Positions 37,688 to 46,903 of a stretch of 64,000 nt of DNA are shown in pieces. The first letter of the stretch is position 1. Every line of letters starts with the position of its first letter. The position numbers and the translations under genes are program-made. The notes beneath the pieces were generated by a model, which had not been told where the DNA came from, did no database searches, and was given only the letters and a program-made list of their open reading frames with translations. The stretch comes from a virus (Duplodnaviria > Caudoviricetes), in IMG/VR virus record IMGVR_UViG_3300028805_000061; one strand, given 5' to 3'.

Positions 37688-38998
37688 TTAATAAGGTTTG
37701 CAAGAGAGGGAAGCACCAAAGTTACTATAGGTAGAAGGACTATCGCTTAAAGGGCTGTTGTAAGCCAGATACACAGAGAAAAGACCACCATTGGATATGG
37801 CATTGTAGTAGCCACCAAAATAAGCACAACCAACGAGCGAGCTGGAAGAGCTCAGGGCGCAGCCGACTTGGTCGCAGTAGTAAGTATAATTTGAACCAGG
37901 GGTTGGATAGCCTGAAGAAGGAAAGTACCACATAATACCATCTGAAGTATTAGGCACTCCTAAATTGCATAAATTTATACCTCCAACTCCATTATATCCA
38001 GTATACGATTTATAACCTGGGCTACTACTTGTTGGGTCATAACTAATAGCAGTGGTTCCATCTGCTGTATAATTACACAACTTATAAAATATTTTTGATT
38101 GATAACAAGTTAAACCATTTATCCATTTATTACAATTACCCCATAAGTTTTCCATACCAAAGAATTTAACAGGTGTAGTGCTTGATGAAGTATTATTTGT
38201 AGAATAGAACATAGGCTTATCTTTTAATGAACCAGTAGAAGTCGTTTTTGTACCGCCTACAACTCCACCTCCACATTTACTTTGGCTATCTCTTGATTTA
38301 AACATTAAAATAAATAACATCTGTATCATTTGTAATGTTCCTAAGTCAAGAAAATCCCAACCGTTACCATTTGCTTGAGCATAAGTTCTCATTGTAGTAC
38401 CAGCAACTGTATTTACTAGAACAGTCCGTCCTGCTAAACTTCTTAATGTACTACCTGTCAATGATGGTTCAAAAGCTGCTGTATAAATTTCATCAAGTAA
38501 AATACCATTATTGTTATAATGTGAATAACAATGGTATTTGCCATCTACATTTTCAGGAGCTATAAAAACATATTGATATCTGCCTGTTGCGTCGGTGCTT
38601 AAATTAGTACCATCTGCTGAATTTGAAGTTCTAAATTTAAGCCAAACTTGTGGAAAACCTATCATGCAGTTTCCTTTGTATTGTCTATTACTTATATCAC
38701 TTTCAGTTCCATCAAGTTTCTTTGTAAAATCATTATGATCTAATTCGTAATCAACTGTTCCATCATACTTTAACATTACAGGTCTTGGCTGAAAGAAAGC
38801 ATTTTCCCAACTACCATAATCTAATTGACCTGTTGTAAAATCCATGCTCGCAGGGGTATAATCAGCGTTATTGCCAAAATATGTTACTGCTGTTGTGGGA
38901 TCAGAATTTGTGGTGTCTATTATAAAGCAATATTCTTCTGCGTTTCCACCTCTTTTTATTAAACCCCCTAAAGGTTCCAATTTTGTTTTTATACCCAT
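37688..38998 (-). CDS. C-type-lectin-fold (Mtd/FGE-like) receptor-binding protein with MGIKTKLEPLGG tag; DGR-target-like C-terminus
   Basis: Reads on the - strand (CCCAT at 38994-38998; track label + is wrong). FFGMENLWGNCNKWING...YYCD...FGGYY....NGGLFSV.L......S.FGASLSCKP. Confidence 0.85.
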   Translation of the reverse strand: MGIKTKLEPLGGLIKRGGNAEEYCFIIDTTNSDPTTAVTYFGNNADYTPASMDFTTGQLDYGSWENAFFQPRPVMLKYDGTVDYELDHNDFTKKLDGTESDISNRQYKGNCMIGFPQVWLKFRTSNSADGTNLSTDATGRYQYVFIAPENVDGKYHCYSHYNNNGILLDEIYTAAFEPSLTGSTLRSLAGRTVLVNTVAGTTMRTYAQANGNGWDFLDLGTLQMIQMLFILMFKSRDSQSKCGGGVVGGTKTTSTGSLKDKPMFYSTNNTSSSTTPVKFFGMENLWGNCNKWINGLTCYQSKIFYKLCNYTADGTTAISYDPTSSSPGYKSYTGYNGVGGINLCNLGVPNTSDGIMWYFPSSGYPTPGSNYTYYCDQVGCALSSSSSLVGCAYFGGYYNAISNGGLFSVYLAYNSPLSDSPSTYSNFGASLSCKPY

Positions 38999-39028
38999 TT
39001 TACTAATCTCCTTTTTAAAAGTATTTTT

Positions 39029-39074
39029 TAAAAATACCAGTTAAAAAAAAAATCCTATATAGGACACTCGAAAA
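39029..39074 (-). promoter_or_regulatory. cassette 5' conserved element, copy 2 (palindrome plus A10/T10 tract)
   Basis: TAAAAATACCAGTT-A10-TCCTATATAGGACACTCGAAAA. Confidence 0.85.
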
Positions 39075-39171
39075 GGATAAAAACAACAGAACTTCAAGAA
39101 AACTAGTAGTCACCTTTTTAAATTTTAAATTATAATAAACTTAGAACAATGATTAAAGGAGACATATATTT

Positions 39172-39720
39172 ATGAGACCTACGATTAACCAGCTTAGAGC
39201 TCTAACTGATTTCGCTCCCTCATATAGGTGGGATATGAATGCTGCATTACCAGCACAAGTTGCTCAAGCTATCAATTCTTATGAATTGAATTTAAGAACT
39301 ACTTCATTCACTATTCCAAAAAGAACCGTTGATCCAATAGAAGTTGCAAATAGAGGCCACAAAATTTATAGAGAAGGGATTACTTCATTCTCTCAACAAA
39401 TATCTCTTTCTACTATTGGTACAATAGATGCAATGGCTCATAAAGCAATTAGGAATTGGCACATGATGCAATGGTCAGATGATGGTCAAACTGTTTATGG
39501 TAGAATGTCTTCTAATAATCCATTAGATAGACAAGCTATTATTACATTAACTGCTTTAAATAATACTGACCAACCTTATTGGAGCTATACTATTATGGGC
39601 TGCTGGTTACAAGATAGTGATTTTGGAGAATATGGTTCAGATTCTTCAGATATTATTAGACCCTCTATGACTATCAATTATGATTACTTTATTGATGGAC
39701 CAGCTTCAACTGCAGCTTAA
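39172..39720 (+). CDS. tail tube protein (T4 gp19-like)
   Basis: YRW...TSFTIPKR...IEV..RG.KI...G...WH...YTIMGCW...SMTINYDYF. Confidence 0.8.
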   Translation: MRPTINQLRALTDFAPSYRWDMNAALPAQVAQAINSYELNLRTTSFTIPKRTVDPIEVANRGHKIYREGITSFSQQISLSTIGTIDAMAHKAIRNWHMMQWSDDGQTVYGRMSSNNPLDRQAIITLTALNNTDQPYWSYTIMGCWLQDSDFGEYGSDSSDIIRPSMTINYDYFIDGPASTAA

Positions 39721-39740
39721 TAATTTTTACTTGTTACTTT

Positions 39741-39772
39741 AGGAATTCCTATAAAAATATAGGGATTCTTTT
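39741..39772 (+). terminator. intrinsic terminator
   Basis: GAATTCCTATA / TATAGGGATTC followed by a T tract. Confidence 0.65.
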
Positions 39773-39842
39773 AGTGGAATTTAGTAAACTCATTGATAGT
39801 TTATATTATTAATAAAACTTATATAATTTAAGGAGAATAAAA

Positions 39843-40388
39843 ATGGCACAAAAAAGATTTGCAAAACTTATTGATGAACATCATATAGAATTTGCACCGA
39901 AAAATAAAGGTAATATTTTTAATTATGACCTAGATGAAGATTTAATGAGAGCTGATGGTTATAAAGAATTTGTTCCAGCTACTCAAGAAGAAGGAAAAAC
40001 TTATACAAATTATAGATATCAAGAAACAAGTACTAAAATTAAAGAACTTTGTGATGAAGTACCCCCTCCTACTCCAGAAGAATTATATCAACAAAGATAT
40101 GAACAATTCCATAGAGAATTTTTCAATACTTCATTAGGATATATTAGAAGAATCGTTACTAAAGCTGATGGTTCTACAGCTGATTTTCTTTTAGATTATG
40201 TATCACTAATTAATAAAGCAGTTGAATCTGGTTTACAGTATCCTATAATTACTTATGATGAACCAGACTTTAATGAAGATGTTACTGACTGGACACAATA
40301 TCAACATCATGTTTATGCTACAAACCAATTCATTTTGGAATGCTTAACTCAAGCTGGTAATGACTTTATTCCAGTAAATCCCGCTTAA
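39843..40388 (+). CDS. putative tail-fibre-associated/assembly protein
   Basis: N-terminal FAKLI...IEFAP...ADGYKEF..., PPPTPEEL linker, FFNTSLGYIRR; next to the RBP cassette. Confidence 0.45.
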   Translation: MAQKRFAKLIDEHHIEFAPKNKGNIFNYDLDEDLMRADGYKEFVPATQEEGKTYTNYRYQETSTKIKELCDEVPPPTPEELYQQRYEQFHREFFNTSLGYIRRIVTKADGSTADFLLDYVSLINKAVESGLQYPIITYDEPDFNEDVTDWTQYQHHVYATNQFILECLTQAGNDFIPVNPA

Positions 40389-40402
40389 TAGGAGTGTATT
40401 AA

Positions 40403-40882
40403 ATGCCTACTAATATTAATACAAAAAGAGATATTTTCAAATTCCTTAAATGGTTTAAGAAAGATGAAAAGAATTATAAAGGTCAACCTGCATGGGGTGA
40501 TTTGCAACAGGTAAATGGCCTTCTCCTTAGAATTTTAGATGAGTGGAGAGATGCTGTAGGTAAATCTTGTATTATACATGCTGCTTATGAAACTTCTGGA
40601 CATGGAACATATTCTGAACATTGTAGGGGAGACGCTATAGATTGTCATTTTGACAGATCAGTTTCCCTTTGGAAATGTTATGAATGTCTTCAAAAAGTGT
40701 TAGCTAAATATAATTTGCAAAATAGAGTTGGTATTGGAGTTTATACATGTTGGAATAATCCAGGTTTCCATCTTGATTTAAGAGGTTTTGAACTTACTTG
40801 GCTTTGTGAAAAATCTGGTACTTATATATATGATAAAGCAAAAACAATTGCAAAAATGAAAGCCTTAGCTGGTATAAAATAA
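40403..40882 (+). CDS. peptidase M15A-family Zn peptidase (putative endolysin)
   Basis: LL..LDE.R...G...I....SEHCRGDAID...GIGVY....GFHLDLRG. Confidence 0.8.
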   Translation: MPTNINTKRDIFKFLKWFKKDEKNYKGQPAWGDLQQVNGLLLRILDEWRDAVGKSCIIHAAYETSGHGTYSEHCRGDAIDCHFDRSVSLWKCYECLQKVLAKYNLQNRVGIGVYTCWNNPGFHLDLRGFELTWLCEKSGTYIYDKAKTIAKMKALAGIK

Positions 40883-40916
40883 TTTGTAGGTCCTTTTAAC
40901 TCCATTAATATAATAC

Positions 40917-40952
40917 AAAATGATAACTAAATTAATTTAGTTATCATTTTTT
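40917..40952 (+). terminator. intrinsic terminator
   Basis: Perfect 34-bp palindrome AAAATGATAACTAAATTAATTTAGTTATCATTTT. Confidence 0.75.
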
Positions 40953-41067
40953 ACATATTATCAAGTTATTTTCCTTCTTCATATAATCTATATTTGATTT
41001 TAAATTGTATTAAATACAGTCGTATTTTTATGTTTATACAATTAAATCAGAAAAGGAGATTAACAAG

Positions 41068-43047
41068 ATGCAATCAGCAAAAGTTATTGAATCTATCGTC
41101 GATCTTTCTGGTAGAGTAGGGACAGCCGAAGGTATATATGCTTATATTGCACTTCCTGGAGCTAAAAAAGGCCCAATGGGTAAACCTTATTTTATCACTA
41201 ATGTAGATGAACTCTTAGACATTTTTACAACAGAACAAACCATTAAACCTTCTGACAATTTAGCATTTTTCGATGCTCTTACTTATTTATCAAGAGCAAA
41301 CAAACTTTATTGTGTAAGACCAAATAATGGAGCTGGCTTTGGAGGTTTAGCAGTTCCTAAAGAACAACCTTCTGTAGTATGGACTAAACAAACTGAAGTA
41401 ACTTTAAATACTCAAGTAAGACCTACTAATTTCCCAGCAACAAGAATGGCTGGTACTTATTATGCAGTAGGTGAAACAATGAGACCTTCAGCAACAGCTA
41501 AATTCAAATTTGTTTGTACAACCGCTGGTACTACTTCTTCAACAGCAGTAGACTTCTCAGGAATTACAGCAGCTGGTCAAACAATTGAAGATGGTTCTTG
41601 TGTATGGACTTCTGCAGATATGAACCATCCTCTAGGATTTGTATATAAATGTACAACTGCTGGAACTACTGGAACAACTGAACCAACATGGCCCACTATA
41701 GCTACTGGAGAAGGTTCTACCGTTCAAGATGGTACTGCAGTATGGCAAGCTGTTGCAGTAGATACAGCTACACCCGCTACTACTTATGAGTTAGATCCAG
41801 ATGTAGACCATGTATTTGGTGAAAATGAAACAATGTATATATATGGTAAATACCCTGGTAAAGATAATGACAATATAGGAATTAGACTTTATACTTATCA
41901 AAATTATCCAGATGTAGTTAATGAACCTGATGCATTTTTAATTGAAGTATATTATAGAGGAACCGGACAACCTCTAGAAACATTTATATGTTCTAGATCA
42001 TTGACTAAAAAAGACGGTTATGGTCAAAATATCTATGTAGAAAATGCAGTAGCTTCTTCTAATTATATCAACGTAATAGATAACCCTGCAATAGATGAAA
42101 TAATAGACCCTGTAGATATTATTGAAACTACTTATATGGGTGGAGGTTATGATGGTATTGAAACTATTACAGACGGCATGATGATGGCAGCAGCTGATTT
42201 AATTAATAATAGAACTACTTTTCCAGTAAAATTATTAATAGATGGTAACTGGACTACTCCAAATTATCATAGAAAATTAAATGCTATTGCTGCTTCTAGA
42301 CAAGACTGTATAGCTTTACTTTCTACTCCTTATTCAGTAGAAAATTCTAAAGCATTTACTCAGGAAATAGTAAACTATAGAAAAGAAACATTAAATCTTA
42401 ATTCATACTGGTCAGCAATGTATACTCCTCATATTCAGATCTATGATCAATACAACGATAGAAATATCTGGATAGGAGCTTCTTCTTCAGCAGCAGCTAC
42501 AATATCTGAAATAGCTGTAAGCTTTGCGCCATGGTATCCTCCAGCTGGTCTTAATAGGGGTATACTACCTTCTGTATCAGATGTAAAACATAGATTCAAT
42601 GAACCTCAAATGGATATGTTAGCTGAAAACCAAATCAATCCAGTAGCATTCTTCTCTGGAGAAGGTATTGTTCTTTGGGGTAACATGACTTTATATAGTA
42701 GACCTTCTGCTTTACAGTCTTTGAATGTTATGTTATTAATTATTACGGTAATGCCTCAAATAGCTAAAGCATTAAAATACTATTTATTTGAATTTAATGA
42801 TAGTGATACTAGAGGTTTAATTAAGACTATAGTAGATGATTATATGACAACTGTTAAAACTAATAAGGGTGTATATGATTTCCAAACTTCAGTACACTCT
42901 ACAGATGATGATATTGATAATGGAAGATTATACGTAGATCTTATAATCAAACCTACATTAGCAATCAATGAAATCAAATTTAGAATTGTTCCGATTAGAA
43001 CTGGTGGATCATTCACTACTGCTCTTCAAATTCTTGGAGCTGAGTAA
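41068..43047 (+). CDS. contractile tail sheath protein (gp18-like)
   Basis: KGP..KP.FITN, A.SRQDCIALL, WYPPAGLNRG, QINPV, G.VLWGN.T, YLFEFND..TR, DIDNGRL.VDLIIKPT. Confidence 0.93.
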   Translation: MQSAKVIESIVDLSGRVGTAEGIYAYIALPGAKKGPMGKPYFITNVDELLDIFTTEQTIKPSDNLAFFDALTYLSRANKLYCVRPNNGAGFGGLAVPKEQPSVVWTKQTEVTLNTQVRPTNFPATRMAGTYYAVGETMRPSATAKFKFVCTTAGTTSSTAVDFSGITAAGQTIEDGSCVWTSADMNHPLGFVYKCTTAGTTGTTEPTWPTIATGEGSTVQDGTAVWQAVAVDTATPATTYELDPDVDHVFGENETMYIYGKYPGKDNDNIGIRLYTYQNYPDVVNEPDAFLIEVYYRGTGQPLETFICSRSLTKKDGYGQNIYVENAVASSNYINVIDNPAIDEIIDPVDIIETTYMGGGYDGIETITDGMMMAAADLINNRTTFPVKLLIDGNWTTPNYHRKLNAIAASRQDCIALLSTPYSVENSKAFTQEIVNYRKETLNLNSYWSAMYTPHIQIYDQYNDRNIWIGASSSAAATISEIAVSFAPWYPPAGLNRGILPSVSDVKHRFNEPQMDMLAENQINPVAFFSGEGIVLWGNMTLYSRPSALQSLNVMLLIITVMPQIAKALKYYLFEFNDSDTRGLIKTIVDDYMTTVKTNKGVYDFQTSVHSTDDDIDNGRLYVDLIIKPTLAINEIKFRIVPIRTGGSFTTALQILGAE

Positions 43048-43085
43048 TAACTCCTTTCTATACTTTTTAAATAATAGTACTAATT

Positions 43086-43122
43086 AATCCCTTCTGATTT
43101 TTATTAGAAGGGATTTTATTTT
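43086..43122 (+). terminator. intrinsic terminator
   Basis: AATCCCTTCT / AGAAGGGATT followed by a T tract. Confidence 0.8.
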
Positions 43123-43307
43123 AATAAAGATGAGAAAACTATGTTGCACAGATATTATTTTGTGTAAAAACAGTCCAGAACTGTTTATATTTAATTGTAG
43201 TATTAATATATGCTTACAGTCTAGGTAAAACAATCACAAAGATGATTTCAATACTCCTAGTTTTCATATATTAAAGGTATTAGTAAAAACAAAAGGAGAA
43301 AAGATCT

Positions 43308-44774
43308 ATGTTATTTAACTTAGAAGAAATGGATCATCCTAGTATTAAGAACTATGCTACAAAATTGTACGAAAGATATCGTCCTTTCTGTGAAGCATAC
43401 AAAAGTTCACCTTATGCTAGAATGAAAAACTTGAAAATGTATGATTTTATTGCACTAGGAGAACAATTATTTCAATTTGAACGTTATTGTAAACGTCACA
43501 ATATGAAAATGTTCGAAAATATGAATGAAGGTTCAACTCTTGCTTCAGTTGGTGTTCCCCCAGTAGTAGTTCTTGATTTAATCACAGCTTCTCATGGTTC
43601 TAACATCATGCCAATGGTTGCTTCTGTTCAACCTATTAGAGAAAGAATTGGAGCTATTTACTTCAAGAAATTAATTGCAGCTACTACTCGTGGTAATGTA
43701 ACAGCTGGTCAACAGTTAGCTTACATTAAAGATATGCCAGAAGTATTCCCCGTTGGTTATGCTGGAGAAAAAGTTACTGAAACTTTAGCAACTACTGCTG
43801 ATGGTACTCTTACTTACAATGGAACATTTGCTAAATCTCCTGTTCGTCAACGTTCTATCAGAATTTCTGTAGAAGGTGATGAAGCTGTAAAAGGTGAAGA
43901 TAATGGAGAAGGCGATATTCTAGGTATTGGATGCTATGGTACAGTAAAATATGGTAATGCTTCTGAACCTGGTACTATTGAATTAACTTTCCTTAAACAA
44001 CCTGAAGCAGGTAAAAAGATTGTTGTTTCTTATGGTACTGACTTTGAACAAAATGGTCAACTTCCTGAAATTACTACTGAAATTGTTTCTGAACCAATTG
44101 AAGCAGAAATCTTTGGTATTAAAACTAAAGTTGGTCGTTTCCAAGAATTTGAATTGAAAAACAGATTTGGTATGATTGCCGCTGAAGAAATGATTCAAGA
44201 TCTTACTAATGAAGTTAACAATGAACTTGCTAACACATTAATTGATAGAGTTTCTAAAGCAGCAGTTGGTACTACAGTTTGGAATTATTACCCCCCATCT
44301 TCTACTATTCCAGAAGCTACTCACAGAATTTCATTCCTATACAAGATATCTAAAGCAGAAGCTACAATCTTAATGGGAACTGGACGTGGCGTAGTTAATG
44401 TAATGTTAGTAGACCCCCAAACAGCATATATACTTGATGATATGCCTGAATTCAATAAATCAGGTTTAGGTGGAGCTGGAGCTACTTTCTATGGTACATT
44501 GAAAAATACTATTACAGTAATTCGTTGTCCTCAACTTCCGGCTTGGACTTCATACTGTATTTATAAAGGAGATGGACCTTTCAATACTCCTATAGTATAT
44601 GCTCCTTATATGCCATTTATGTTGGTTGATCACTTACCTGTATTAGATAATGTTCTTAAACATCAAGCATTCGCTGCTTTATGGTCTGGTTTAAAAACAG
44701 TAGTTCAAAAATATATTACTAAATTAGTAATTGATACAACTACTAACAAACCCGATGGTGTTCCTGAACTATAA
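43308..44774 (+). CDS. major capsid protein (T4 gp23-like) with inserted beta domain
   Basis: VASVQPI....G.IYF, L..RFG..A.EE.IQDL..EV, GTL...I.V, PIVYAPYMP; predicted cleavage at MNE|GS; biased codon usage (CGT). Confidence 0.9.
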   Translation: MLFNLEEMDHPSIKNYATKLYERYRPFCEAYKSSPYARMKNLKMYDFIALGEQLFQFERYCKRHNMKMFENMNEGSTLASVGVPPVVVLDLITASHGSNIMPMVASVQPIRERIGAIYFKKLIAATTRGNVTAGQQLAYIKDMPEVFPVGYAGEKVTETLATTADGTLTYNGTFAKSPVRQRSIRISVEGDEAVKGEDNGEGDILGIGCYGTVKYGNASEPGTIELTFLKQPEAGKKIVVSYGTDFEQNGQLPEITTEIVSEPIEAEIFGIKTKVGRFQEFELKNRFGMIAAEEMIQDLTNEVNNELANTLIDRVSKAAVGTTVWNYYPPSSTIPEATHRISFLYKISKAEATILMGTGRGVVNVMLVDPQTAYILDDMPEFNKSGLGGAGATFYGTLKNTITVIRCPQLPAWTSYCIYKGDGPFNTPIVYAPYMPFMLVDHLPVLDNVLKHQAFAALWSGLKTVVQKYITKLVIDTTTNKPDGVPEL

Positions 44775-44803
44775 TTTAGTATAGTTATAAGATACTAATA
44801 TTG

Positions 44804-44843
44804 AATAATTCCCTACTAAGCTTATTTAGTAGGGAATTATTTT
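44804..44843 (+). terminator. intrinsic terminator
   Basis: AATAATTCCCTACTAA / TTAGTAGGGAATTATT. Confidence 0.85.
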
Positions 44844-44861
44844 GTGTTCATATTTATAAAT

Positions 44862-46229
44862 ATGAATGAAATAGAAATACTAATAGAAAACATTAAAAAG
44901 CTATACTTAGAAGAAGATTTAGCTTATAGAAAGGTTTGTAAAATATTAGGTATATCCAAAGGTCGATTTGAAAGATTAGCTAAAAAATACAATATTAAAA
45001 AAGTTAAAGAATATAGAAGTAAATTAAAATCTACTATTAGCAAAGAAGAGTTAGAAGATTTATATGTAAATAAAAAATTAGATAGTATACAAATTTCTAA
45101 ATTACCTATAGCTAAAGGATATAGTAAAGGTAAAATATTAGAACTAATACACTTATATAATATAAAAAGACCAAAAGATTGGTACACCCCTTCTCAATTA
45201 GCTATTCCTAAAGAAACTAGAAATCTTTTAGAATGTAAAGAAAGATTAGAAAATTTTATAAAAGTTCAAGATAAACCTGTTGCTGTAGGTGCTTTAAGTA
45301 AAAAACTTCACATAAGTGCTTCTTATTTAAGAACATATCTTAATAAATATAGTTTATGGAATTATATAACTCCTAGTGCTTCTAAATATGAAGTTGAAAT
45401 AAAAGAAACATTTTCTAATTTAGGTATAGAATTAGCAAAAAATAAAAAGATACTTGGAAGTGGTAAAGAAATAGATTTATACAATGAACAACACAAATTA
45501 GGTGTAGAATTCAATGGGAATCATTGGCATAGAATAGATAATAAAGGTAGGAATTACCATCAAAATAAAAGTTTATTAGCTATTGAAAAAGGAGTATTTC
45601 TTTATCATATATTTGAATATGATTGGAAATCTCCCTATAAGAAAACTAAAATAATAAATCAACTAAAAAATCTTTTTGGATTAAATGAGTATAAAGTATT
45701 TGCTAGAAAATGCAAAATCAAAGAAGTTGTTTCTAAAGAAGCTAAAGACTTTTTAGACCAAAATCATTTACAGGGAGCAGATAAAGCCTTAGTTAGATTG
45801 GGTTTATACTTTAATAATGAATTAGTAGCAATAATGACTTTCTGTAAGCCTAGGTTTAATAAAAAGTTTGAATGGGAACTATCGAGATTTTGTTGTAAAG
45901 CCAATACTAGTGTAGTAGGTGGAGCTTCTAAATTATTTCAATATTTTATTAAAAACTATAATCCTGAAAATATAATTTCTTATTCAGATATAGCTCATAC
46001 AAAAGGGAGTTTATACGAAAAATTAGGGTTTGAATATAGATCTATATCTCATCCTAATTATGTTTGGGTAAAAGATGAAGAAGTTTTAACTAGGTATCAA
46101 TGTCAAAAAAGTAAACTTATAAAACAATTTCCAGAATATAAAGATTTGACTGAAAATGAAATTATGACAAAATTAGGATATATAAAAATAGAAGATGCTG
46201 GAAATATTTTATGGGTATTTAGGAGATGA
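44862..46229 (+). CDS. Hef-like homing endonuclease (PD-(D/E)XK plus GNAT-like C-terminal domain)
   Basis: SKYE..., EIDLY....KLGVEFNGNHWH, IFEYDW; FL..NHLQG, WELSRFC, GGASKLF, ISYSD, LYEKLGF; start taken as ATG 44862. Confidence 0.8.
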   Translation: MNEIEILIENIKKLYLEEDLAYRKVCKILGISKGRFERLAKKYNIKKVKEYRSKLKSTISKEELEDLYVNKKLDSIQISKLPIAKGYSKGKILELIHLYNIKRPKDWYTPSQLAIPKETRNLLECKERLENFIKVQDKPVAVGALSKKLHISASYLRTYLNKYSLWNYITPSASKYEVEIKETFSNLGIELAKNKKILGSGKEIDLYNEQHKLGVEFNGNHWHRIDNKGRNYHQNKSLLAIEKGVFLYHIFEYDWKSPYKKTKIINQLKNLFGLNEYKVFARKCKIKEVVSKEAKDFLDQNHLQGADKALVRLGLYFNNELVAIMTFCKPRFNKKFEWELSRFCCKANTSVVGGASKLFQYFIKNYNPENIISYSDIAHTKGSLYEKLGFEYRSISHPNYVWVKDEEVLTRYQCQKSKLIKQFPEYKDLTENEIMTKLGYIKIEDAGNILWVFRR

Positions 46230-46230
46230 G

Positions 46231-46494
46231 ATGAAACCAATAGATTATTATACAACTTGTTCTAACACACAAATACAACAAAGTGAAATAAAGAAATTAT
46301 TGAATAGAAAAAGAGCAATAGATTATATAGAAGATGATTTAAATGATTTAGCAATAACAATTGCATATTGTTGTAAAAATTATAAATCTGAAATAAATTG
46401 TCAATGTAAAAATTTACCAGAATGCAAATTATTCAATGCATTAATATTAAAATATGCTAATTTATTAAAGAAATATAAGGAAGTTGAAGAATGA
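46231..46494 (+). CDS. hypothetical protein
   Basis: Likely ATG 46231 after AGGAG. Confidence 0.5.
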   Translation: MKPIDYYTTCSNTQIQQSEIKKLLNRKRAIDYIEDDLNDLAITIAYCCKNYKSEINCQCKNLPECKLFNALILKYANLLKKYKEVEE

Positions 46495-46903
46495 ATAAAG
46501 AAGAAGCTAAACATTGGGAAGATCTATATTATAAAGAGAATGCTTTAGTAGGATTATTAAAACAACACATAAAAGCTTTAAAAGAACAAGTAGATTATCT
46601 AAATAGTAAAATAACATATATAAAGAAATATGAGGTAAATAATGAAAATAACTAAAATAGAACATTTACAAAACCCATCTGAAAGAGAAATAGAGGTAGC
46701 TGTTATGGAAAAAGAAAAATTAGGTTTTGAAGTAGTTCAAGTAAGTACTGCTGCTTGTAAAGGGGTAGGACTTACTTTTTTTGTTACAATAGTTTTTCAA
46801 AAGGAGAAAGAATGAATAATATTGGGTTCTATATACTTTTATATAGTTTAGGTTATCTTTTAGGTTTAATTTTTTGGGATTGGTTATTTAAAAGGAGGAA
46901 ATA

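Noticed and set aside
37688-38998. ORF track strand label '+'
   Set aside because: The listed protein is encoded by the reverse complement (CAT at 38996-38998, TTA at 37688-37690), so it is a - strand gene.
43130-43300. Structured ncRNA upstream of the capsid gene
   Set aside because: Only a short hairpin (AAACAG..CTGTTT) is visible, which is not enough to call an RNA element.
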